DNA of 64,000 bases from Bacteroides sp. (GTDB lineage: Bacteria; Bacteroidota; Bacteroidia; Bacteroidales; Muribaculaceae): contig JAAVEO010000039.1 in the NCBI GenBank assembly GCA_014801225.1, positions 26,133 to 90,132 on the forward strand, written 5' to 3'. The notes under the pieces were generated by a model. That model did no database searches, was not told the origin of the DNA, and saw nothing but the letters and a program-made list of their open reading frames with translations. The position numbers were made by a program, and so were the translations under genes. Shown one piece after another: positions 47,568 through 56,694 of this stretch; position 1 is the stretch's first letter; each line of letters begins with the position of its first letter.

Positions 47568-48791
47568 ATGCAGCTTAAGGAAGGATCAGAGCTTCAGAAC
47601 GGAAAATACAGGATAATCCGTGTCCTCGGGCAGGGAGGATTCGGAATAACCTATCTTGCGGAAAATATTTATTTCGAAAAGATGGTCGCTATTAAGGAAT
47701 TCTTCCCAAAGGATTTCTGCGGACGCGACAATACGAGCCATCTCACTCTCGGCACGCAGAATAATGCCGAGACTGTAGAGAAACTTAAGGCCCGCTTTTT
47801 GAAAGAAGCCAGAAATATCGCCAAACTTGATCATCCCGGTATCATTAAGATTCACGATATTTTCGAGGAGAACAATACGGCCTACTATGTGATGGATTAT
47901 ATCGAAGGGGAGAACCTCAACGTGATGATGAAGTATGACGGACCTATGTCGGAAAAGAAGGCTGTTGGCTATATCACCAAGGTGGGTGAGGCGCTGGAGT
48001 ATATCCATTCGCGTCAGATGACTCATTTCGATGTCAAACCTGCGAACATCATGGTGAGGAGGGCCGATAACATGCCAATCCTCATTGACTTCGGACTCTC
48101 CAAGCAATATGACGCTCAAGGGGATGCCACCTCCACACTTATGCAGGGAGTAAGCCATGGATATTCTCCCATTGAGCTTTACAATGCCGAAGCCATCACC
48201 AGTTTCTCTCCACAAACCGATGTCTACTCCCTGGCAGCGACTCTTCTCTATCTCCTTACCGGCTCCACACCTCATACCGCTTCCCAATTAATCGAGGAAG
48301 GTCTTAATCTCCCTGCCGGAATAAGCCCTTCAATTGCAAAAGCCATTGAAGAAGGTATGGCTTTCTCCCGTACGAAACGCCTCCCCTCCGTCTCAGCCTT
48401 TCTTAGCCTACTAAAGGGCATTCCAAATCCAAGTGTTTCGACATATCAAGAAACTAAATCTCCCGCACCTCCCTACAGTGAGGAGACTCGTATTATAACC
48501 GATAACACCCGAACTTCTACAGAGAATTATTCCTCCGATTATAATTACTCAAATAGTAAGCCTACCAAAAATAAAGAAGATAATAGTTTTCTTTATGCGA
48601 TAATAGGTGGACTCATTGCAATCATAGTTATATTCATAATAATTCAATCTACGGGACACTCAAATTCCGAAGATTCACCTTATGCAGTAGATAGTGATAC
48701 TGTCGTTGCTTATGAAGTTGTTGACGATACTGTGTGGGTTTTGCCAACCTCTGATTCTACTGCGGATGTTGAATATACTCCATATGATTAG
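47568..48791 (+). CDS. Hanks-type Ser/Thr protein kinase 1 (single TM, short acidic outer tail)
   Basis: LGQGGFGITY, VAIKE, HFDVKPAN, DFG, GYSPIE and DVYSL motifs; TM FLYAIIGGLIAIIVIFIII. Confidence 0.95.
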   Translation: MQLKEGSELQNGKYRIIRVLGQGGFGITYLAENIYFEKMVAIKEFFPKDFCGRDNTSHLTLGTQNNAETVEKLKARFLKEARNIAKLDHPGIIKIHDIFEENNTAYYVMDYIEGENLNVMMKYDGPMSEKKAVGYITKVGEALEYIHSRQMTHFDVKPANIMVRRADNMPILIDFGLSKQYDAQGDATSTLMQGVSHGYSPIELYNAEAITSFSPQTDVYSLAATLLYLLTGSTPHTASQLIEEGLNLPAGISPSIAKAIEEGMAFSRTKRLPSVSAFLSLLKGIPNPSVSTYQETKSPAPPYSEETRIITDNTRTSTENYSSDYNYSNSKPTKNKEDNSFLYAIIGGLIAIIVIFIIIQSTGHSNSEDSPYAVDSDTVVAYEVVDDTVWVLPTSDSTADVEYTPYD

Positions 48792-48845
48792 TAATAAACA
48801 TACAGAAAACGTCAACGATTATTAACACCTTTCCACCAAATTATT

Positions 48846-50846
48846 ATGCAGCTTAAAGAAGGTTCAGAGCTTCAGAACGGTAAATATCGGATTCTCCGTA
48901 TCCTCGGGCAGGGAGGATTCGGAATAACCTATCTTGCGGAGAATATTTATTTCGAAAAGATGGTCGCTATTAAGGAATTCTTTCCAAAGGATTTCTGCGG
49001 ACGCGACAATACGAGCCATCTCACTCTCGGCACGCAGAATAATGCCGAGACTATCGGAAAACTTAAGGCCCGCTTTTTGAAAGAGGCCAGAAATATCGCC
49101 AAACTTGATCATCCCGGTATCATTAAGATTCACGATATTTTCGAGCAGAATAATACGGCCTACTATGTGATGGACTATATCGAGGGGGAGAACCTTAACC
49201 AGATGGTGAAGCGTGACGGTCCTATGTCGGAAGAGAAGGCTGTTGGCTATATCACCAAGGTTGGAGAGGCGCTGGAGTACATCCATTCGCGTCAGATGAC
49301 TCATTTCGATGTAAAACCTGCCAATATTATGGTGAGGAGTGCCGATAACATGCCAATCCTCATCGATTTCGGCCTCTCCAAGCAATATGATGCCCAGGGG
49401 GATGCCACCTCCACACTTATGCAGGGCGTAAGCCACGGCTATTCACCTATTGAGCTTTACAATGCCGGAGCCATCACCAGTTTCTCTCCACAAACCGATG
49501 TCTACTCCCTGGCAGCCACTCTATACTACTTAATCTCAAATACAATTCCTCCTCATGCAACAGTTTTAATAGAAGAAAACATTACTTTTCCTATTGGTTT
49601 TCCAATGAATCTACAGAAAGCTCTATCTAAAGCTATGTCTTCTGCGAGAAAGAATCGCTATGAGAGCGTCTCTATATTTGTTAGCGAAATAAAGACTATG
49701 GAGAAGTCCGAAGATACTCAAATCATTCAGCCTACCCCAACACACGGTAATAATACTCCAAAGATAGAAGCTAAGGCTAATATTAGACTAAATCAAAAAA
49801 TAGAGACGCTTAATCTCCATAATGATGGTTATGAAACGAAAGTTTCAAAAGACACAAATATAAAAAAAACTAAATCGTATTCTATAATATTGGGGATAAC
49901 CATTATTGTTGTACTACTTTTCATATCTTTTTTCAACATAGAATCCACTCAGGACACAGAGATATCTACAAACTTAGTGCCAACTAAGGAAAATATTATT
50001 TCATTAGAGGAACAAATGAATATGAGTAGTCCTGTCATTGTGGAGGCACCAAATTATAATACCTCCAATTATTATTCATCTATTCCAATACCACAGATAA
50101 AGAAAGTAAATCAAAAAAAACTTATCGAATCAGAGTTAATATATTCAGATGAATATATTAAAGAATGGATTTCAAGAAACGCAATAGAAACTTATTTACC
50201 ATTATTCAACGCCTCACCATGTCGCGATGATTATAGTGACATATTAGAATCTCTATGTGATCTACCAGTTCCTTTAGTAATTAATGGTCAAAAACTCAGA
50301 TTTTGGAAACAAGATGACCAATACAACTATTTTGCTTACGAAACAGAATCTTACTCTGAACCGAAACCTATTCGACTATTTATTACCAATAAAGAAAATA
50401 ATAAAGTTCTATTTGATTATAAATTTGATAATTATATTTATCCTCCCCAATTCATAGAATCAAATAAAAATTTAATTAATTTTGAAATTAGCAATTTTAC
50501 TCTTCAAAATAAAATATTGTATTTTTCATTTTATCATCGAACATATGCCGTTTGTTCACACGGAATGAATGGCTATATTTCGGCATTGGAGACGGAATCT
50601 AATAAAATAAAATGGCTGAGCAAATCTTTAGTCTGCAATGCTAATTTTATAATTGATGGGGACTATATCATCACAGGATATGGTTTCACCGACGAACCTG
50701 ACTTTCTTTATATTCTTGATAAATATAATGGTAGTATTATATCCCAAACTCCTCTTGCTAATGGTCCCGAAATCATTGGAATAAATAAGAATCACATATT
50801 TGTGCGAACATATTCTTATGAATATGATTTCATCATTAAAAAATAG
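48846..50846 (+). CDS. Hanks-type Ser/Thr protein kinase 2 (single TM, large outer domain, possibly a PQQ-like propeller)
   Basis: Kinase domain nearly identical to kinase 1; TM IILGITIIVVLLFISFF; AT-rich C-terminal region with ISALETESNKIKW and ITGYGFTDEPDFLYILDKYNG. Confidence 0.94.
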   Translation: MQLKEGSELQNGKYRILRILGQGGFGITYLAENIYFEKMVAIKEFFPKDFCGRDNTSHLTLGTQNNAETIGKLKARFLKEARNIAKLDHPGIIKIHDIFEQNNTAYYVMDYIEGENLNQMVKRDGPMSEEKAVGYITKVGEALEYIHSRQMTHFDVKPANIMVRSADNMPILIDFGLSKQYDAQGDATSTLMQGVSHGYSPIELYNAGAITSFSPQTDVYSLAATLYYLISNTIPPHATVLIEENITFPIGFPMNLQKALSKAMSSARKNRYESVSIFVSEIKTMEKSEDTQIIQPTPTHGNNTPKIEAKANIRLNQKIETLNLHNDGYETKVSKDTNIKKTKSYSIILGITIIVVLLFISFFNIESTQDTEISTNLVPTKENIISLEEQMNMSSPVIVEAPNYNTSNYYSSIPIPQIKKVNQKKLIESELIYSDEYIKEWISRNAIETYLPLFNASPCRDDYSDILESLCDLPVPLVINGQKLRFWKQDDQYNYFAYETESYSEPKPIRLFITNKENNKVLFDYKFDNYIYPPQFIESNKNLINFEISNFTLQNKILYFSFYHRTYAVCSHGMNGYISALETESNKIKWLSKSLVCNANFIIDGDYIITGYGFTDEPDFLYILDKYNGSIISQTPLANGPEIIGINKNHIFVRTYSYEYDFIIKK

Positions 50847-51274
50847 ATATAATATATTACCTTATACCTACAGAACCTCCAGTAATCTTCTTATCAGCCT
50901 ATTTATACTTATTGTGTTCATCATACCTATTAGCAATCATTGAATTAAACATCCTGTTCAATGATGCATCGAGATGAGGATGACATTTTAAATTATTGAA
51001 TATGTGCCACGGTAAACATATTCAATATAATTTCGCGAAAACAATGGTGATAATAAGTTTTATTATCTTTTCCATTGCCCTTCTATAGTGGGCCAAAGCA
51101 TTAGTATATGCAACTATACAGTTAGAGGAGTAGTGGTACAAATTCCAAATGGACAATTCGATACACAACTTAAAAGCACTTGTCGTTGCTTTAACAAAAT
51201 GGTTGTTTTCAATTTTCTTTGACTTGAACGTATTTATTTTCTACAAATAATACAATAAAATTAAGTTTAGTATT

Positions 51275-51312
51275 AATAGTAACAACACATCCGTGGATGT
51301 GTTGTTACTATT
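51275..51312. repeat. Perfect 18-bp inverted repeat
   Basis: AATAGTAACAACACATCC-GT-GGATGTGTTGTTACTATT. Confidence 0.9.
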
Positions 51313-51664
51313 TTAAATTAGCAATCCCCTAATTCTCAAAATTTTTCTAAGAAGTGTAGTCCGATCCAAAACAAAAATAAAATAACAGATAACTGAATAA
51401 TTAAAAATAACGTTATATAGACTTCACAGTTAAGAGCCAAACTTAAGAGCTTTCATCTTCCACTCAAACAAACAAACCATCCAAAATTAGAACAATTTCA
51501 AGGCTCTGTATGGAGAATTGTTATGCTATATAAGGCAAAGGTTCGATAAACTTAACTATATCCAACTTAAGTACATTACTAAAATTTACTTATAATTACA
51601 AATCTATAAATATAATATCAATAACTTTTATACACTAAGTATGTTTTATTAAAAAAATAATACA

Positions 51665-52555
51665 ATGGAATTCATTTTCAAACGTTATTGTCTTACACAT
51701 ACTTATCTCTCCATATATTCAGGACAAGCAACGAAAATAAATATCACAAAGGCGCAAAGAGCAGCCTTGAAAAATGGATACTGGAATGGCTCCACCCATT
51801 CATTCCGGATGCGATGCTTCATGGTATTGGGCAAAGCAAATGGTCTGAGCAACGCCGTCGCCGGAGAACGGGCCGTACAAACGTACCAGCGGGTAATGCA
51901 TTGGGTAAAAAGGTTCCAGACCGATGGAATAGCCGGCCTGAGGAACAAGTCCGGGAATAGCCGCAAGCGCATCATCAGTACCAAGGAAGACACGGAGGCT
52001 GTAAGGGAAGCAATCCGACAGCATCGCCAGAGTGTATCCAAAGCCAGAGCCGCCTGGGAGGAAGCCACCGGGAAATAAATCAAGGACGGAGCCTTCAGGA
52101 ATTTTTTATCAGCGATGGCGCAAGATTTGGACGTATAAGGAAACGTCCGAAGGAAATCCCCTCACCGCAGGAGTACGCTTATAAGAAGGAACTCTTGCAA
52201 GAGCTTGAACATCAATGGGAGTCGGGTCTCATTAACTTGTATTACGGTGATGAAAGCCATGTATGCACCGAAGGGTATGTGTCTTATGCATGGAAATTTA
52301 AAGATGAGGATTTCTGTGTGCCCGTATATAAATGCGGAAGACTCAATATCTTCGGAATGATTGACCGCAATTGTGTCTATCATGGTTTCACCACCGAGCA
52401 GAACATAAACTCCGACAGGTTCATCGAATTTATGGAGCACTTCTCTCTTGGCATCCGCAAGGAGACTGTGGTCGTTCTGGATAACTCCACAGGCCACAGG
52501 AGCCGCACAAGGTAAAGAACTGTCTTCAAAAATGGAAGGAAAGAGGCATAATTGA
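51665..52555 (+). mobile_element. Degenerate IS630-family transposase (pseudogene)
   Basis: HTH part (RMRC...WVKRFQTDGIAGL) with a premature TAA at 52076; T-run junction near 52101; DDE part YYGDESH...VLDNS. It frameshifts near 52510 and is truncated before the LPPYSPELNPIE motif. Confidence 0.85.
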
Positions 52556-52562
52556 GCATCGT

Positions 52563-52826
52563 TTGCCCACAACAAAGCAATTTGAGGAACTGATTGAACA
52601 TTGCAGCTGGTCAACTTTTGAGGAGGATGGTATGCACGGCTATAAGATAATCGGTCCGAATGGTAATATCTTGATGATGCCATTAGGTGCGCTCAACCGT
52701 TATCTTTCGGCTGAATGCCTTAAGCCCGATTCCCTCTATTATTACTTCCTTTATCTCGGAGAATATACTCACACACTCGCCAAAGGGGTACCCACCGAGG
52801 CTAATATTTGGACAGTAAAAGAGTAA
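52563..52826 (+). pseudogene. Orphan C-terminal fragment of a DUF1566-like/lectin-fold domain
   Basis: PTTKQFEELIEHCSW...GMHGYKIIGPNGNILMMP resembles the Bacteroidales 'PT..E..EL...C.W....G..GY...GPNGN.IFLP' domain. It has no ATG start and abuts the IS relic. Confidence 0.55.
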
Positions 52827-52974
52827 AAATATAGCAACAATAGCACTGAAAAAAAACTGCAACAAATCTTTATATAATGATTCCGTAAGTTTTTACCGAA
52901 CTATTGGATAATAAGAAATGGCAATTATTCGTTTCAATAATAATCGGTTTAATTACGTATAATTTATTAAAATT

Positions 52975-53181
52975 ATGAACGCAACCATATCTATGGATGG
53001 ACTTTGGATAATTATTGATTCTTTGTCCACAAAAAATAAGAAATGGCTCATTGATAAGTTACAGCTCTCTTTGTCATCGTCAAAAGAAGCTAAAGAGATA
53101 CTGTCAGGAATAGCTCAATCAGCAAAGGAGGCTAAAGAGGGAAAAACTTTTCCCTTAGATACATTATGGGATCAGCTATAA
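52975..53181 (+). CDS. Putative antitoxin
   Basis: 68 aa overlapping the RelE-like gene; LSTKNKKWL and EAKEGKTFPLDTLWDQL tail typical of RelE-associated antitoxins. Confidence 0.65.
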   Translation: MNATISMDGLWIIIDSLSTKNKKWLIDKLQLSLSSSKEAKEILSGIAQSAKEAKEGKTFPLDTLWDQL

Positions 53182-53519
53182 TTTTCGACTATACTCCCGA
53201 ATTTCTGAAATCAGCTAAAGTCCTTTCCAAGCGATACAAATCATTTGCTGATGATTTAAAGTCATTATGTGAAGAGATTGTTAGGAATCCGAACCTTGGA
53301 GATGATTTGGGAAGTAATATCCGAAAAATAAGGATGCCAATTAAGTCTAAGGGGAAAGGTAAAAGAGGTGGAGCTCGAGTAATTTCACTTTCTATGGTAA
53401 TAGATGAAGAAAAGTCAAAGGTGACGTTTCTGTATGTCTATGACAAAAGTGATATCGCTAACGTTTCGGACAAAAAGATAAAACAAATTATCTTGAACAA
53501 TGAATTACCTATAGAATAA
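53166..53519 (+). CDS. RelE/HigB-2-family toxin
   Basis: FLKSAKVLSKRY, GDDLG, RKIRM...SKGKGKRGGARVI and YDKSD motifs. Confidence 0.88.
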   Translation: MGSAIIFDYTPEFLKSAKVLSKRYKSFADDLKSLCEEIVRNPNLGDDLGSNIRKIRMPIKSKGKGKRGGARVISLSMVIDEEKSKVTFLYVYDKSDIANVSDKKIKQIILNNELPIE

Positions 53520-53749
53520 TCTATATTTTAATTTTAGTTCCGCAGACTCACTTAAGGGGCAGATTTCAGTTATATTGGTCCTTTTGGATCGGTCGTATCT
53601 TGCTATGTGACCGAACTAAAAGGACATTACTTTATGTTAGATCTGTTGTCATCAAGTAATTCTTTCCGTAGGTAAATCTATTTCATCATCCAATCCAATA
53701 GTTTAATCATTCAGGAGTGAAAACTTTTGGCTTTCAGAGAAACCTATTT

Positions 53750-53757
53750 TATCTTTG
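53750..53757 (+). promoter_or_regulatory. -7 promoter element TATCTTTG
   Basis: Exact TAnnTTTG match 27 nt upstream of ATG 53784. Confidence 0.6.
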
Positions 53758-53783
53758 CCGCAAAATCAATACTCTCTGAAATT

Positions 53784-54767
53784 ATGGATAACGAAACTAC
53801 TCGCCTCATCAATGATGGAGGCAATTGCAATACTGAAGGTGCTTCTACCGGTAAGGATTCTCAGGCTACGAACAATTGCAGTACAACTCAGGATTCCTTT
53901 GCGTCTACCCAGCAGGAAAATACGGATGCAAAGAGCGAAAAGAAAGGGAGAACCGTGGCGGCAGGTGTCGGAGGATTTGTAGCCGGAGCTGCTGTCGGTG
54001 TAGGCGCTACAGCCTATGCCACTTCCAAGACGGAAGAAATACCTGTGGATGAAGAAGTTAAAGAGGATGCTTCCCAAGATACGGATATCCCTTCTCCGGA
54101 ACAAGCTATCCTCGCTAATGATGAGGGTATACGCTACGCTCACGTGGATGCCGACAACTTCAACGACGCTTTCTCTCAAGCTCGCGAACAGGTAGGACCC
54201 GGAGGACTCTTCGAATATAACGGCAAACTCTATGGCACATACACTGCCAATGAATGGAATGAAATGTCAATGGAGGAGAGAGCCGATTATCAAAACCGTG
54301 TGAATGAAGTGGCTCCGGCTCATCATTCCGATTCCGCACATGTTGCAACCAATGTGGATGAGGTATCCTTACACGATCATTCTCATGCCGTCGCAGCTCC
54401 GGAAGTTATCCCCGCTAACGCTGAGATGATCTCCCCCGAACCTGCGGACAATGAGATTCGAGTGCTCGGAGTTGAAGCTGTAGAAAATCCCAACGGGGAT
54501 GTGATGAATGTAGCACTCATAAAATGCGAGGGAGATCATGTGCTGCTCGTAGATGTAGACAATAGCGGCACAATTGACGTTGCCATCCATGATGACAACT
54601 ATGACGGCCAGATTCAGCCGTCGGAAGTATACGATATTTCGGAAGCCGGTATGCAGGTGTCCGATCTTCTGCAAGCCCAGGCCGCACAGGAGGGTCAGAC
54701 TTTCACTGCATCGGCCGATGATATGCCGGATTATATCAACGACTCCGACTCCATAATGTCGGTATGA
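53784..54767 (+). CDS. Acidic hypothetical protein with a Gly/Ala-rich hydrophobic segment and DxDxDG-like loops
   Basis: Starts MDNETTRLI; VAAGVGGFVAGAAVGVGATAYA; FNDAFSQAREQVGPGGLFEYNGKLYGTY; DVDNSGTID and DDNYDGQI. Confidence 0.8.
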   Translation: MDNETTRLINDGGNCNTEGASTGKDSQATNNCSTTQDSFASTQQENTDAKSEKKGRTVAAGVGGFVAGAAVGVGATAYATSKTEEIPVDEEVKEDASQDTDIPSPEQAILANDEGIRYAHVDADNFNDAFSQAREQVGPGGLFEYNGKLYGTYTANEWNEMSMEERADYQNRVNEVAPAHHSDSAHVATNVDEVSLHDHSHAVAAPEVIPANAEMISPEPADNEIRVLGVEAVENPNGDVMNVALIKCEGDHVLLVDVDNSGTIDVAIHDDNYDGQIQPSEVYDISEAGMQVSDLLQAQAAQEGQTFTASADDMPDYINDSDSIMSV

Positions 54768-54771
54768 TTCT

Positions 54772-55317
54772 ATGGGAAAGATATTTATAGTATGTCCCGC
54801 ATGCCGGCAGCAGTTATCGTTCAATGAAGTGCCGGGGTATCAGAACATGGTGATCGAGTGTCCTAAATGTCACTTCAAAGCCAATGCCAGCGTATATCAG
54901 AGTGGCTCCCAGGCCCGAGGTGTCCAAGGCTTCGACGATATGCCTACGCAATTGGTGATGCCACCCGCTACCGGGAAGGATATCGGGCAAATTCGTGTAA
55001 AATCCACCAACGAGATACAATTTCTCAAACCGGGACGCAACATCATCGGGAGGCGCGCCCAAACGGGCACGGCCGACATCAAGATAAGCACGGATATGTA
55101 CATGAGCCGTCAGCACGTACTTATTGACGTTGTGAAAAAAGGGACCGGTTATGAACATCATCTTGTGGAAATAAATTCAAAAAATATCGTTAAATTAAAC
55201 GGTAGCCCTATCCACCGAGGGGATATTCTTATTCTTAATTTCGGCGATACGATGACACTCGGCACTACCGACATCATTTTGGAATCGTGTGATGACGAGG
55301 CCACCCGGATAGTATAA
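54772..55317 (+). CDS. Zn-ribbon plus FHA-domain protein
   Basis: CPAC...CPKC; NIIGRR, MSRQH, NSKN and GDTMTLG (FHA). Confidence 0.88.
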   Translation: MGKIFIVCPACRQQLSFNEVPGYQNMVIECPKCHFKANASVYQSGSQARGVQGFDDMPTQLVMPPATGKDIGQIRVKSTNEIQFLKPGRNIIGRRAQTGTADIKISTDMYMSRQHVLIDVVKKGTGYEHHLVEINSKNIVKLNGSPIHRGDILILNFGDTMTLGTTDIILESCDDEATRIV

Positions 55318-55327
55318 CAATCTTACC

Positions 55328-56428
55328 ATGATCACAATCAGACAACCCCTTTGCTTCTCGGAAATAGGACGCAAAGATAATCAAGAGGATTTCCTTTATC
55401 CGCAACATGCCGATACTGCCACACGTGTATTTATCATGTGTGACGGCATGGGGGGCCACGACAACGGAGAAGTGGCAAGTCGCACGGCAGCCACAGCTCT
55501 TGGAGAATACCTCTCATCCTGTCGTAAGGTTGACCTTGATGTATTCGATACGGGACTCTCTTTGGCTTACGATGCTTTGGACGGTATAGACACCAATTCC
55601 GCAAAGAAACCGGGCACAACCATGACCTGTCTATGCCTTAACGATGACTCATATCTTGTGGCCCATATAGGCGACAGCCGAATTTATCATATTCGTCCGA
55701 GTCTTTTCAATAAGTCTACAAAACGAGGGGGAATACTGTATCAATCATCCGACCATTCTCTTGTGAACGATCTTCTGAAAGCCGGAGAACTGACGGAGGA
55801 GGAAGCTCATCTGTTTCCTCATAAGAATGTGATCACCCGTGCCATGCAGCCGCATCTTGACAAACGCTATTCTGCTGATGAATATGTGTTTGACGATATA
55901 GAGGCGGGAGATTATTTCTTCCTGTGTTGTGACGGAGTGCTGGAACAACTCTCCAATGAAGACTTATGTGAGATCCTCGCAAATGATAGTCTCAATGACA
56001 AGCAGAAACTCACTGCAATAAAGAGTATATGCGATGGCAAAACACGTGACAACTATACGTGTTGGCTCATTCCGATTGATGAAGTGGAGATAGCGCGCAA
56101 ATCGGAGAATTCCATGATTATTCAGGCATCCTCAGAAGAGAATGAAGATACCGAGGCTGATTTGGAAGATACTGCGGGGAATATTCTGCCAAAGGATTCA
56201 AGTAACGCCTCATCCTCTTCTCATCCAAAAACAGTTAAGGATAATCTCAAAGGGTTGCTGAAGCAGATGGCCGGGATTTCCACCGGATCAGCCAAGAAAA
56301 AATGGCTGACTTGGATATTTATCGTCGTTGCTCTCGGCATCGTGGTTTGGGGTGGCATATTTGCTTTCAATACCTTCTTTGCTTCCAATAAAGAGACACC
56401 GATACAAAAACACACCCGAAAACAGTAG
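55328..56428 (+). CDS. PP2C/PPM-family Ser/Thr phosphatase with a C-terminal TM
   Basis: GRKDNQED, CDGMGGH, GTT, HIGDSR, DHS, NVITRAM, CCDG and DN motifs; TM WLTWIFIVVALGIVVWGGIFAF. Confidence 0.95.
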   Translation: MITIRQPLCFSEIGRKDNQEDFLYPQHADTATRVFIMCDGMGGHDNGEVASRTAATALGEYLSSCRKVDLDVFDTGLSLAYDALDGIDTNSAKKPGTTMTCLCLNDDSYLVAHIGDSRIYHIRPSLFNKSTKRGGILYQSSDHSLVNDLLKAGELTEEEAHLFPHKNVITRAMQPHLDKRYSADEYVFDDIEAGDYFFLCCDGVLEQLSNEDLCEILANDSLNDKQKLTAIKSICDGKTRDNYTCWLIPIDEVEIARKSENSMIIQASSEENEDTEADLEDTAGNILPKDSSNASSSSHPKTVKDNLKGLLKQMAGISTGSAKKKWLTWIFIVVALGIVVWGGIFAFNTFFASNKETPIQKHTRKQ

Positions 56429-56604
56429 GGAAGAAAGACGTAAAGAAGGAAAATATACCGGCAGACAGGCATGGCAAGAATACGATAAAACCTTTGAAAG
56501 TCATAAAAACAGCCTCTCAATCAAAAGGAGCGAGTGATAGCCTTGCAACATCTTTACAGTCTAAAGTCAAAAGCGATACGCCGAAAAAGTAGATTATAAA
56601 AGAG

Positions 56605-56647
56605 ATAGCCGGTTGCTCACGGGATGAGAACCGGCTATTTTTGTTTT
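56605..56647. terminator. Terminator between convergent PP2C and pnuC
   Basis: ATAGCCGGTT / AACCGGCTAT stem followed by a T-tract. Confidence 0.8.
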
Positions 56648-56694
56648 AGCGGATAAATTATTTCGGGGGGGGGAGAATATGAGGGGATGGGGTG

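Noticed and set aside
47568-52826. Diversity-generating retroelement as the cause of the kinase duplication
   Set aside because: No reverse transcriptase is present, the differences are not adenine-specific, and the repeat covers the catalytic domain rather than a C-terminal variable region.
45446-56428. T6SS regulatory cluster or integrated mobile element
   Set aside because: No tss genes, integrase, tRNA target or flanking att repeats were seen.
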